From the NCBI GenBank assembly GCA_001600695.1, contig BCKQ01000004.1, forward strand, positions 947,513-1,011,512: DNA of 64,000 nt. Direction: 5' to 3'. Below, one piece after another: positions 1 through 10,695 of this stretch. A program made the position numbers and the translations under genes. Under the pieces are notes generated by a model, which searched no databases, was not told the origin of the DNA, and worked only from the letters and a program-made list of their open reading frames with translations. The first letter of the stretch is position 1, and every line of letters starts with the position of its first letter. The stretch comes from Ascoidea asiatica JCM 7603. Taxonomy: Eukaryota; Fungi; Ascomycota.

Positions 1-1200
1 ATGTTTTTTTTCAATCTTGGCTGTGCTTTATCTCAAAATACAACTCAATTAATTGTTTGTAGATTTTTTGCAGGTGTTGGAGGTGCTGCTCCATTGTCTG
101 TTGGTGCTGGTGTTTTAGGTGATTTATTTAATGCGAAAGAAAGAAATTTTTGGGGTTCAATTTATGCCTTAGGCCCAACATTAGGTCCAACTCTTGGGCC
201 TGTTATTGCAGGGTTTATTGTTGAAAATACTAGTTGGAGATGGGTATTTTGGGTTCAATTAATGATGAATGGTGTGATTGGAGTTCTTGGTTCTATGTTC
301 TATGAAGAATCTTATACCCCAACTTTGTTAAGAAAAAAGGCTGCAAAATTGAGAAAAGAAACTGGAAATCCAAATTTAATGACAATTTATGATATTGCAG
401 ATGGAGAAACTTTAGCAGGTAAATTTTATTTGAATATTTCAAGGCCAATAAAATTATTGCTTACGCATCCAATGGTTTTTGGTTTAGGTATTTATATGGC
501 TTTACTCTATGGTTTGATGTATATTTTAGTTACAACTTTTCCTACTGTTTTTGAAACTTATTATGGTTTTAGTACTGGTGTTGCAGGTTTAATGTATATT
601 GCCTTAGGTATTGGTTATTTCTCAGGTATATATATTTGGACAAGAGCTATTAATAAGAGTTATAATAAAAGTTGTGAATTAAATAATGGAGTTGGTAAAC
701 CTGAATTTAGATTACAATATCTTTATTGGTCTGGATTAATAACTCCAAGTGCTTTATTAGCATTTGGTTGGGTTGCAGATAAAAAACTTCATTGGATTGC
801 TCCTGCAATTTTTGCTGCTTGTTTCGCATTTGGTGTTGTTTGTATGTTTCAATGTATTCAAAATTATTTGATTGATATGAATCCAAGATTTGCAGCATCC
901 TCTGTTGCAGCTTGTACTGTTTTTAGATCTTTATTCGGTTTTGCTTTTCCATTATTTGCACCTAAAATGATTAGTAGTATTTCAATTGGTTGGACTTGTA
1001 CAACATTTGCTCTACTTGGTTTCTTATTAGGTGTTCCATTCCCATTATATGTTTATAAAAATGGTGAAAAATTAAGAAACTGGGCTAATAGAAGAATGGA
1101 TAAAGAAAAAGCTAAAAGAGATGCTAAAAATTTAGCAAGATTAGAAAAACAAAATGAAGCAAAACAAAGTAAATTAAAAATGAATGAAAAAAATGAATGA
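1..1200 (+). CDS. MFS drug:H+ antiporter (DHA1 family); 5' part lies before the window
   Basis: Multiple hydrophobic helices and DHA1 motifs (LIVCRFFAGVGG, GPTLGPVIAGF, WRWVFW, ESYTPTLL, KPEFRL). Aligns to the 2817..4583 protein from about residue 200, so the Met at base 1 is internal. Confidence 0.9.
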   Translation: MFFFNLGCALSQNTTQLIVCRFFAGVGGAAPLSVGAGVLGDLFNAKERNFWGSIYALGPTLGPTLGPVIAGFIVENTSWRWVFWVQLMMNGVIGVLGSMFYEESYTPTLLRKKAAKLRKETGNPNLMTIYDIADGETLAGKFYLNISRPIKLLLTHPMVFGLGIYMALLYGLMYILVTTFPTVFETYYGFSTGVAGLMYIALGIGYFSGIYIWTRAINKSYNKSCELNNGVGKPEFRLQYLYWSGLITPSALLAFGWVADKKLHWIAPAIFAACFAFGVVCMFQCIQNYLIDMNPRFAASSVAACTVFRSLFGFAFPLFAPKMISSISIGWTCTTFALLGFLLGVPFPLYVYKNGEKLRNWANRRMDKEKAKRDAKNLARLEKQNEAKQSKLKMNEKNE

Positions 1201-2816
1201 AAATAAAATTTTAATCAAAAATATTTCATTATTTATCAATATCCTTATTCTACAATTCTCCATATTACCTTATTAAACAATATTTATACATCTTTTTTTT
1301 TTATAATATATTTTTTCTGAATTTCAATTTTATAGCATATTTTTTTATTTTTCAACTATTTCAATTTCTCTACTTCTATTGTTTTTTTTTTCAACCATTC
1401 TCTTTTTAGAGGGATCTATACATATATATATTTAAAAATATTCACAAATGTAATAAATAATTTATTTGGTAATTAACTATTTTTAGTGCAATTGATTTAG
1501 ATTATTTTGATGTCTCATCTTTCACTTATTTCTAAAACTGTTTTAGAAGCTTTTTTTTATGTCAATTTTTGAAAAAAAAACTAAAAGTGTGTTAAGAATT
1601 TACCTGCAAAGCCAAAAATCTGAATGATTCATTTTTTTTGTTATTTTTGATTTTTTATTGATTTCTTATTAAATTTTATAGAAGATATTGCTGAATCAAT
1701 ACATGAATATAATATTAAATGAAAAAATTATGAATTTAATGAAATAGATACTAATGTGGTTGATATTTTCAATAAATTCATGAGAATTGTTTCTTTTATA
1801 AATTTTTAAAAAAACAGAAAAAGAGCATTGAAAGAACTACTATGAGCTTAACTTGTCTAATATTCAACAAATGAATAAAACTAAAAGTGACTGGAAATCT
1901 CAAAGTTATCCAAGTTATAAGTCATGAAATAATTATTGACGCAAAATAACAAGCTAAAAAACTAGAGAATGATACTTTACTCAAATATTAAGTAAAAAAA
2001 AGGTGGTTTTTGTATTTATTGTCTATTAAAATATTTGTATACAGGCATTTCATATTTAGAGACTATTTTCATTTAACCGGGCTTGCATGAACGAGACCTA
2101 GGGAAAGGATACCCACAGTTTTGGCGCTGAAAGATTAAATATACCGCTAGACTTTTCACACGCAGAACCAAGCATAGAAATCCAGAAAATTGGTAACCCG
2201 TAGAACCATCCAGAGAGTAAGAGACCAAAAGCCTATCTCCGACAAAAGTGATCTGATTTATAGGGGATTCAAATATGATTAGTATACGGGAAAGCAAAAC
2301 TTATCTCAATTCAGTGGGGGACTCCTGTGCTTTCAAAGATATTCCGAAAGGCCGATTTGTTGTGAACAAATCTTCCAGTTTTGCGTGTCCAGAAGCGCAA
2401 AAGAAACTGTTCATCACATTGTGGATTCTCGTGGATTGGTGAGACAGAGAATCGCCAAATGAGGCAGTCTTCCGATCTCTCTGTACTCACAGTTCGATTA
2501 GATAGATTCATGAAAATAAATTTATGGAAAAATAGAATGTCTTCTTTGAGCTTATAAGAATAAATTATCTCAAATCAATGTGTACATTTGTATATAAACA
2601 AATCAGTTTACTTCATATTCTTTAAAATGATTTATTTAGTTTATTCAATTAAATTCATTTTGCTTTGTAGTAAATCAAAAGTTATTTAAAGGTTAACTTC
2701 AATTTCAATTTCAATTACAATTTTATCCTTTACATTGACTTTTAATTTGACTTAAATTTTATCAAATTTGTATAAGATACTAAATTTCTCGAATATATAA
2801 AATAGAAATATTACAA

Positions 2817-4583
2817 ATGAATTCAAAAGATACAATAAAAACTACTTTACCTTCATCAGATGAAAATAATTTAGATAAATCTTCAACAATATCCTTTAAT
2901 GATGCTTCGGACATTGAATCAAATAATAACCCGAATTTCATACCTCAAGATATCATCAATGATGCGGAAATTGAAAGACAGTTGACATTAACAAGAGAAA
3001 AAACAATAAGATCAATATTATCTGAAAGAGTAGGAAATGAAAGTGAAGATGATATATATGAAGGTGCTGGTGCAATTTTACCAACAAGAAAAGATGGTAT
3101 AGAATTCAAAGCAATTGATCCTGATTTAGTAACTTGGGAAAATGAAAATGATCCAGAAAATCCAAAAAATTGGGCACATTTGAGAAAAGTTAGAGCTGTT
3201 TCTTTAGCTTCTATTTATGCTTTTGTCTCTCCAATGTGCTCTTCAATGATTTCTCCAGCTGTAACTGACATTGCTGAAGATTTCAATTTGACCAACAAAG
3301 CTGTAAAAGCAATGATAGTCTCAATTTTTTTATTAGCGTGGGCGATTACTCCATTATTTGTTTCTCCATTATCTGAAATGTATGGTAGAAAAATTGTATT
3401 GAATGTATCTATATGGTTTATGCTTTTTTTTAATCTTGGCTGTGCTTTATCCCAAAATACAACTCAATTAATAGTGTGTAGATTTTTTGCAGGGGTTGGA
3501 GGTGCTGCTCCATTATCTGTTGGTCCCGGTGTTTTAAGTGATTTATTTAATGCTTCTGAAATTAATTTTTGGAATTCAATTTTTAGTATTGGCCCAACTG
3601 CCTCTCCTTGTTTAGCTCCAGTTATTTCTGGTTGGGTTACTCAATGTCTTGGTTGGAGATGGGTTTTATGGATTCAATTTATTGTTAATGCTTCTGTGGC
3701 TGTAGCTGGTGCAATATTTTATGAAGAAACATATACTCCTACTTTATTAAAAAAAAAAGCTTTGAAATTAAGAAAAGAAACTGGTGATAATAATTTAAAA
3801 ACAATTTATGAAATTTCTGATGGTGAAACTGTTCTTGGTAGATTTTATATTAATGTTACAAGACCTTTAACACTTTTAATAACGAATCCAATGGTTTTTG
3901 GTCTTGGCTCTTTTATGGCTTTATTATATGGTTTATTATATCTTTTAGTATGCTCTTTTCCAACAGTTTGGCGTGTTAGATATGGTTTTAGTTCAGGAAT
4001 AACTGGTTTAATGTATCTAGCATTTGGTGTTGGTTATTTATTTGGTTTTCCATTTTGGACAATATTAATTGGAAAGGGTTTTAGAAAATTAACAGCCGAA
4101 AATGGTGGGGTTTCAAAACCTGAATTTAGATTACAATATCTTTATTGGTGTGGAATAATAAGTCCTTCTGCAGTTTTATTATATGGATGGACCGTTGAAT
4201 ATAAAGTACATTGGATTGTTCCATGCATTGGTGCAGCTTTTTTTGCAACTTGTTTCATTAATGTCTTTCAATGTGTTCAACCGTATTTAATTGATATGAA
4301 TCCAAGATTTGCAGCTTCTTCTGTAGGTGCCTCAGCTGTTTTTAGATCTTTCTTCGGCTTTGCAATGCCAATGTTTTCTCCATTTATGTTTAGTGGAATT
4401 GGTTATGGTTGGGGTTGCACAATTTTTGCATTTGTTGGTTTTGCTTTAGGTGTACCTTTCCCATTGTTTGTTTATAAAAAAGGTGAAAATTTAAGAAATT
4501 GGGCCAATAAAAATATGGAAAAATCTCAGGCTAAAAGAGATGCTAAGAATTTAGCAAGATTAGAAAAACAAAGAATAAATTAG
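2817..4583 (+). CDS. MFS drug:H+ antiporter (DHA1 family, Tpo/Flr/Mdr1-like), tandem paralogue
   Basis: VTWENENDPENPKNW, PLSEMYGRK (motif A), WRWVLW, ETYTPTLL and PEFRL motifs; about 12 TM segments; 588 aa. Confidence 0.93.
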   Translation: MNSKDTIKTTLPSSDENNLDKSSTISFNDASDIESNNNPNFIPQDIINDAEIERQLTLTREKTIRSILSERVGNESEDDIYEGAGAILPTRKDGIEFKAIDPDLVTWENENDPENPKNWAHLRKVRAVSLASIYAFVSPMCSSMISPAVTDIAEDFNLTNKAVKAMIVSIFLLAWAITPLFVSPLSEMYGRKIVLNVSIWFMLFFNLGCALSQNTTQLIVCRFFAGVGGAAPLSVGPGVLSDLFNASEINFWNSIFSIGPTASPCLAPVISGWVTQCLGWRWVLWIQFIVNASVAVAGAIFYEETYTPTLLKKKALKLRKETGDNNLKTIYEISDGETVLGRFYINVTRPLTLLITNPMVFGLGSFMALLYGLLYLLVCSFPTVWRVRYGFSSGITGLMYLAFGVGYLFGFPFWTILIGKGFRKLTAENGGVSKPEFRLQYLYWCGIISPSAVLLYGWTVEYKVHWIVPCIGAAFFATCFINVFQCVQPYLIDMNPRFAASSVGASAVFRSFFGFAMPMFSPFMFSGIGYGWGCTIFAFVGFALGVPFPLFVYKKGENLRNWANKNMEKSQAKRDAKNLARLEKQRIN

Positions 4584-5070
4584 TTTAAATTCATTCAACA
4601 TTCTTTTTTCTCTTTTAATTTTTATCAGAAACTTCAATTTTCAATTTTTCAATTTTTTCTCATTTTCAATTTTTTTTTGAATTTCACTTATCTTTCTACT
4701 TATTTTTTTCAAGGTCATTTATTTTTTTAGTTAATTCAACAAAAAAAAAAAGTTTCCATCAAAAAGTTTTGTATTTTAGCTTTGCTCAGCATTTTAATCT
4801 TTTCATTATATTATCTATTATTTATTAAACATTATTCATCTTCATTATAGATTTTTGTATTTACAAAATAAACACTTTTAATATGTAAGCTTCAAATCAA
4901 AAAGGCTTCGTAAAAATATAAGATAGTTAAAAAAACAACAGATATATTGGTATTTATGAGAGAAAATTTTAACAAAATTGATTTGAAATTAAACTTGATA
5001 ATGTAATGTATATTCTAATAAAAATTACAAAATTTTTTAAAATATTAAATGATCTTCTCATTTTGTTCAT

Positions 5071-5844
5071 TTAAGCAGCTTCTTCAAGCCCAGTCTCATT
5101 GTCACTTTCACCATTGATATACTCAATATTATCTTCTTTGATTTCTTGCACTATTTGATCATTTTTTTCATTACTTTCTAAAGAATCCTCTTCAGGATCT
5201 ACATTCAACATCTCATTTCTTAAAGTCTTTTGTGATTTCAAAAGATTCAATCTACCTTCTAATAACAAAAATGATGATAAAGCTTTCTTTTTTTTGGTTA
5301 TTAAATTTTTAACACCCTGAATATTCTTTATTATATTATCAAAAAGAATTTTACTTTCTTCATCTTCATTTTGTTTTGAAAGTATATACCCCCCTTTGAC
5401 TAGTAATAAGTTTTTAATCCAAAAGCATAAAATATTGTATGAGCTGTTGACTTTAGAAGTGGAATCATAATTTTCTTGGAGATAAGTAGATATAATTAAA
5501 AAAAGATTACTCAATCTTGAAGTTGAGTTCAAACTTTTCACTATTCTGAAAATAGTCAGATCTATTGGATATTTTAGAAAATTTTCATTTTTATTTTTGA
5601 ATTTGTTACTTTTATTAGAAACACCCTGAAGATAATCAATATTGAGTAAATAATTGATTATCGGTATTTCAGTGATAGAATGTTCTTCAAGATTATTGAG
5701 ATACTGAGATGTTGATTCAATCAATTCTTCAGTTTGCAGTTCACCATTGTTTTCTTTTTTATTATTGTAAAGATTCTTTTTTAGTTTTTCTTTAGCCTCA
5801 AGGTTTGAACTAACCTTAGAAATAGGGGTTGCTTCTACTTCCAT
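5071..5844 (-). CDS. UTP9: UTP9-like SSU-processome (UTP-A) protein, C-terminal Utp12-type domain only
   Basis: LLLEGRLNLLKSQKTLRNEM...IEYINGESD resembles the Utp9 C-terminus as I recall it (LQGRLEML...IVYANGESD). RRPE and Reb1 motifs upstream fit a ribosome-biogenesis gene. UTP5 is the alternative call. Confidence 0.65.
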   Translation of the reverse strand: MEVEATPISKVSSNLEAKEKLKKNLYNNKKENNGELQTEELIESTSQYLNNLEEHSITEIPIINYLLNIDYLQGVSNKSNKFKNKNENFLKYPIDLTIFRIVKSLNSTSRLSNLFLIISTYLQENYDSTSKVNSSYNILCFWIKNLLLVKGGYILSKQNEDEESKILFDNIIKNIQGVKNLITKKKKALSSFLLLEGRLNLLKSQKTLRNEMLNVDPEEDSLESNEKNDQIVQEIKEDNIEYINGESDNETGLEEAA

Positions 5845-5990
5845 ATTTTCAAGTTTCTGATTAAATTTGAGAAATTCTAGATCAATAAGTATATTACTGA
5901 AATTTTTATACCAAATGATTTATTATTGTCTTATTTCAATTTACAAATTTGTTACTTCAAAAAAAAACTCAAAAATAAATTTATTTTTCG

Positions 5991-6021
5991 AAATTTTTCA
6001 ATTTTTCAAAACATTACCCGG
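5991..6021 (-). promoter_or_regulatory. RRPE element plus Reb1-type site upstream of the UTP9-like gene
   Basis: AAATTTTTCA at 5991-6000 (TGAAAAATTT on the minus strand) and TTACCCGG at 6014-6021. Confidence 0.7.
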
Positions 6022-6288
6022 ATGTTCCAAACATCTGTAAGAAAAGGTTTGGAATGCAGTGAGTAACATTATTTGGCAGGATAGTGCATAAATTTAAATT
6101 CACTGTAAAATTCATAAAATTATAATTCACAATCTACCCTTAGTTGATTATTAGCAAAATATTGATATTATTAAGGCCATATTTCTATATATTCTTATTT
6201 AAATTAAAATCAAAAGACCATGCTAAAAACTATTATACACAAAAAGCAAAAGAAGCAGCATCCAATAAGCTGTTTATAAATAAAAGCA

Positions 6289-9200
6289 TCATATTGATTT
6301 CGAAAAACCAAAAGGAAGAGAAGAAGTTGAAAAAGAGGTTGAATTTGAGTTAGAGGCAATAGAATCATTCTCCGTTTTATCAGATAATATATCATGTAGA
6401 AAACTATTCTTTGAACGCTTTATCACGTCTGGTGTTTCTAAAGGATTCCTCAAATTAGTCAAGCTTCTTTTTCTTTTTTTCTGATGAGTAGGCTCCACGA
6501 TTTCTATATCCGACTTGCTTTCTTCGGTACTATCCACAAGATCAATTATATTCTCATCATTGAAGCCATTGAGCAAACTTTCATTGGATAATGCACTAAG
6601 CTTTTTGAATGAAACCTGATTTAATCTTTCCTTAGAGGGAGTATATTTTTTTTCCACCGAGAAACATTGAACAATTTTTTCATCCTTTGGCAAAATCTTA
6701 GGTGTAGGACTACGAGTTATAGTATTAGTATCAATATTGAATCTATCAAATTTATCAAATCTAGCAGAGCTATCAGATATATCAGAGCTTTCAGAGATAT
6801 CAGAGCTTTCATTGATCTCATCTAGTGAAATTATATTTGGATCACTTTTGCTATAATCATCTTCTGACTCAGAAAATAAAGATTTAAGGCTAACTATATT
6901 TTGTCTATCAGACATCGGAGAAGGAATTAAAGTTCTATTTTGTTTAGTTTGCTTCTTCATAATTTCCTTCCTAATGTTACTATTCTGTTTCCTATTCTTT
7001 TCCAATGAAAAACTTTCTGGAAGATTAATTGTTCGATCTTTCCTCATTCTAAAATTGCATTGTAATTTATTAGTCAAAATTGTGAGTTGTTTCAGTTTTT
7101 CCTGAATTTTTTTGAATTTTTCATTATTTTTAAAGGAAGAGCAACTTTGAATCATATTTCTAAAATTGTCTATTTTGGGAACGATAGCTCCTAATAGTCC
7201 ATCAAATTCCTCTAAATTTAACAAAACAAGTTTTTTTAGCAAATTCATGAATGGACCCAATGAATCTTCAAGTGTTTGAAGAAAACAAGAAAGATCTAAA
7301 TCATCTGAATAAATTAACTCGACTAAAAATTTAGATAATCTCATCACCTGTCTATCAACCTCGATAAATAAATGCCTAGCTTCTTGTGAAGCTGAAAATC
7401 TTTCATTGTATTTTGAAGAGCTACTTTTTAAATCTAATACATCTTCGTCGACTAGAACTTCTTCAACAAATTCAATTTCACTGCCAGTACTACTTTCGCT
7501 ACTTTCGATATTTTTTTCATTAACCGTTGTTGACGCATTTTCATTATCAAAATCCTTATTTTTTTGGGTGATGCCAATCTCACTGCCTAATTTGATATTA
7601 TCTAGAAAATGCCTTCCATACCTAAAACTATTTTTAAGGTCATTTTTCTCAACTGGGCTTTTCAAAGGTGATTTATTCTGAGATTTATCTTTGTTTTGAG
7701 TGCTATACCTTTGAGATTTCAAACTTTCTTTGTGGATTTCATTTTTAGCCTCCGTTATGATTTCTTGATCTTTTTTATTCTGAGTTTTATTTTCACATTT
7801 AGGCAATAAATTCTTATCAAGAGGTTTTTGGGCTTCTGGGATCTTCTTAACAATCTTAGTGCCAAAAAAAGAATCACTAGCGAGCCTCTTTTCAATTGAA
7901 GATATATAGTCATCGATTTTACACTTATATGAATTAACAACAAAATCTAGTGCTCTTGAAGTTTTCTTTTTCTCAGTTGAAGAAGACTTTTGCTCTTTGG
8001 AGGTAGACTCATTTATACTTTTTTTGTAACTTTCCGGTGAAGAAATTCCTGCTGAAGTAGCACAAAAACTTGTCAATGGTGTATCACTTTTAAAGTCGGA
8101 AGAATCATAATCAAATATTTCTTTTTTCCCACTCTTAGGATCTGAATAAATATCACTATTTATAGCACTACATTCACTTGAATTTCTCGTATAGTCTATA
8201 AAAGAATCCGTTGATGGTATATCGGATGTTATTTCACTTACTATTTTTTTGCTTTCCACTTTTTCGCTTCCACTTGAAATCTCTTTAGCCATTTCAGAGG
8301 AAAAAATATTTGAACTCATAGAGTGAGAAACTGTTGATTTTTCAATTTCTTTGTTTTTATCTGTCTGTGCTGTATCATCTTCTTCATCATCAGAAAGGGA
8401 AAAAATATCAACTTTTGAAAGATCTTGAACTTTATATTGTCTTTTCCATTCTTCTGAATCATTACTTTTTAGAGGGAGCTTATTTGAATCAATTTTCATG
8501 TTAGAATTTGAATTATTAGGTATATTTTTTTCGTCTGCAGATTCAGAGTCTCTAGGAAGAAGTTCAAAATCATCATCCTCGGAAGAGCTATCGAAATCAG
8601 AAAAGTCATCTATTGGAAATCTTGAATCATTATCACCTAGTAAATTCACTAAACCATGATCATCATCGAAATGAAAATCCTTTATTAATTCTCTTGCATC
8701 TTTTACCGAACACCATTTTCCATTAATAATTTTACTTTTGTTTTTTTCTAAAGTCGCAATTTCAATGTCTTCTTTAGACTTGCTATTTGAATATTTTGAG
8801 TCGGTTCTAGAATAATTCTCATAAGAGTTGGACAAACTATAACCGATATAAATAGTTCGAAATTCTACTGAATTCAATTTATCAAGGTAATATAAAACAT
8901 TTTCAAGACGTAAATCATCATCGAAGTCCTTTTTGGAGCCAACGGAATTTAAATTTATTTCTAGAATGCTAATTGTCACAGCGCAATAAATCAATGCTTG
9001 GATATTAACATAGCCATCACTGAATCTTCTTGGAACATAAAAGGTTTGAGAAATTTTTCTTTGATCGACTTTGAAAGTATAAATATCACAAATATCTTTT
9101 ATATTTATCGGTTTTCTCAAAATTGAATTTGACAGACTATCTGTTTTATTTCTTTGTAAAATTTCTCTTCTTGAACTTCTTTGGGAATAATTTGGGTTAA

Positions 9201-10695
9201 CTAAACCTCTTATTTTATTCAATTTTTCCGGAGTTAGTGAAAATTGATAAGGATATCCATGAAATTTTTTATAATCCCTTGATTTGATATCCCAATGTTT
9301 TAAAAATTTTAATTCATATTTTGAAACGAATAAATCATTATTTTGATAAAATTTCAGATCTTGAAAAAATAAGATTGGATTTAAAACTTTTGATAACCCA
9401 TATATTACAGAAAATTTTCTCGCAATAACTAAAGGTATCCAAATTCCTCCACACAAAGTTTTATCATTACTTTCATATAATATACCATTCTGTTCTTTAT
9501 AATTGTTCAAAAATAATCTTCTTAAATTTTTTCTTGCGGACTCACCTTTAAGATTCTCATAAACATCAAACAAATGATTTAAGTTTATATAATTATCAGA
9601 TACTTTTCTCAATATTCTTATTTGTTTATCATAATTCATATATACAAAATATTCAAAGAATTCAATACCACAATAACTTGTTTTTGAGACTCTATTAAAG
9701 GATAATAGAGGTTTTAAGAGTTTAAAGATTTTAAATTTTTTTGATAAATTTCTTGCTATTGGTAATGGTAACCAAATACCTTGAAAAAAAAATTGTAAAT
9801 TTTTATCAAAATTTGAGTAAAATTGATATTTATTATTAATTAAATTTAAACATTCAATTTTTATTTGTTTTGAAAATTTTTTTGATTCATTATGAGATAA
9901 TAAAGATTTAAATCTAGATACATTAACCCAACTGCCAATTTTTTTCCTTGGATATAAATTTTTTAAACCATTGATTTGTAATAAATAACATTCATCATTT
10001 TCGAAAAGTATTGACTTTAATGGTACAGAATAATCACTCAAAGTTGGTTCTATTGAAAAATTAATTGGATAATCTTTCAAAATTGTTAAATTTTTTGTTT
10101 TAAATAAATTTGATTCATATAAAATCTGATGATTTTCTTTTCTTTTTGATTTATGATCTTTTTTAAAGCCTTCTCTATAAAGACTTGAAGGAGAGAGAAT
10201 ATTGAAATCTTTCATGGTTTTATCATTTTCTAGATTACTATTTTTATATATATCATTTTCGTTAGTATAATCCGAAGATTTAATTTCAAATTCTTCAAAA
10301 CCTTTATTTTTTTGCGTACTTTGTATATTTTTAATACTTTGAATATTTTGATTGTTTTGATTATTTTGTTGTTTGTTTTCAGTATTTCGAAAGTTTTTAT
10401 TCTTTTTATTCTTTTCAAAATCTTTAGTATTTATCATCATATCTTTTCTTTTTGAAATTTTATTTTCTTTAACTGATTTAAGATATCGACTAGGATTGTA
10501 CTTTATAGTGATTTTGTGACTAATTTCATTTTTGCTGTTATTGCTATTACTATTGTTTTCATTATGATTAAAAGTTTGCTTATCCTTATTCTTATAATCT
10601 TTATTTCGATTAGCCTTCTTATTGCTGATGCTATCCTTTATCTTATCGTTATCATTTATAATTTCAAAAAAGTGATCACAAGAAAACTGGACCAT
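6289..10695 (-). CDS. Large nuclear protein with three tandem APSES/KilA-N DNA-binding domains
   Basis: Domain 1: RKKIGSWVNVS...FQGIWLPLPIARNLSKKFKIFKLLKPLLSF. Domain 2: SKTSYCGIEFFEY...ILRKVSDNYINLNHL...GGIWIPLVIARKFSVIYGLSKVLNPILFF. Domain 3: VPRRFSDGYVNIQAL...INGKWCSVKDARELIKDF. Compare Mbp1 (SARYSGVDVYEF...KRKKDDWVNATHIL...QGTWVPLNIAKQLAEKFSVYDQLKPLFDF). C-terminal KKRKR NLS-like motif. Confidence 0.85.
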   Translation of the reverse strand: MVQFSCDHFFEIINDNDKIKDSISNKKANRNKDYKNKDKQTFNHNENNSNSNNSKNEISHKITIKYNPSRYLKSVKENKISKRKDMMINTKDFEKNKKNKNFRNTENKQQNNQNNQNIQSIKNIQSTQKNKGFEEFEIKSSDYTNENDIYKNSNLENDKTMKDFNILSPSSLYREGFKKDHKSKRKENHQILYESNLFKTKNLTILKDYPINFSIEPTLSDYSVPLKSILFENDECYLLQINGLKNLYPRKKIGSWVNVSRFKSLLSHNESKKFSKQIKIECLNLINNKYQFYSNFDKNLQFFFQGIWLPLPIARNLSKKFKIFKLLKPLLSFNRVSKTSYCGIEFFEYFVYMNYDKQIRILRKVSDNYINLNHLFDVYENLKGESARKNLRRLFLNNYKEQNGILYESNDKTLCGGIWIPLVIARKFSVIYGLSKVLNPILFFQDLKFYQNNDLFVSKYELKFLKHWDIKSRDYKKFHGYPYQFSLTPEKLNKIRGLVNPNYSQRSSRREILQRNKTDSLSNSILRKPINIKDICDIYTFKVDQRKISQTFYVPRRFSDGYVNIQALIYCAVTISILEINLNSVGSKKDFDDDLRLENVLYYLDKLNSVEFRTIYIGYSLSNSYENYSRTDSKYSNSKSKEDIEIATLEKNKSKIINGKWCSVKDARELIKDFHFDDDHGLVNLLGDNDSRFPIDDFSDFDSSSEDDDFELLPRDSESADEKNIPNNSNSNMKIDSNKLPLKSNDSEEWKRQYKVQDLSKVDIFSLSDDEEDDTAQTDKNKEIEKSTVSHSMSSNIFSSEMAKEISSGSEKVESKKIVSEITSDIPSTDSFIDYTRNSSECSAINSDIYSDPKSGKKEIFDYDSSDFKSDTPLTSFCATSAGISSPESYKKSINESTSKEQKSSSTEKKKTSRALDFVVNSYKCKIDDYISSIEKRLASDSFFGTKIVKKIPEAQKPLDKNLLPKCENKTQNKKDQEIITEAKNEIHKESLKSQRYSTQNKDKSQNKSPLKSPVEKNDLKNSFRYGRHFLDNIKLGSEIGITQKNKDFDNENASTTVNEKNIESSESSTGSEIEFVEEVLVDEDVLDLKSSSSKYNERFSASQEARHLFIEVDRQVMRLSKFLVELIYSDDLDLSCFLQTLEDSLGPFMNLLKKLVLLNLEEFDGLLGAIVPKIDNFRNMIQSCSSFKNNEKFKKIQEKLKQLTILTNKLQCNFRMRKDRTINLPESFSLEKNRKQNSNIRKEIMKKQTKQNRTLIPSPMSDRQNIVSLKSLFSESEDDYSKSDPNIISLDEINESSDISESSDISDSSARFDKFDRFNIDTNTITRSPTPKILPKDEKIVQCFSVEKKYTPSKERLNQVSFKKLSALSNESLLNGFNDENIIDLVDSTEESKSDIEIVEPTHQKKRKRSLTNLRNPLETPDVIKRSKNSFLHDILSDKTENDSIASNSNSTSFSTSSLPFGFSKSI

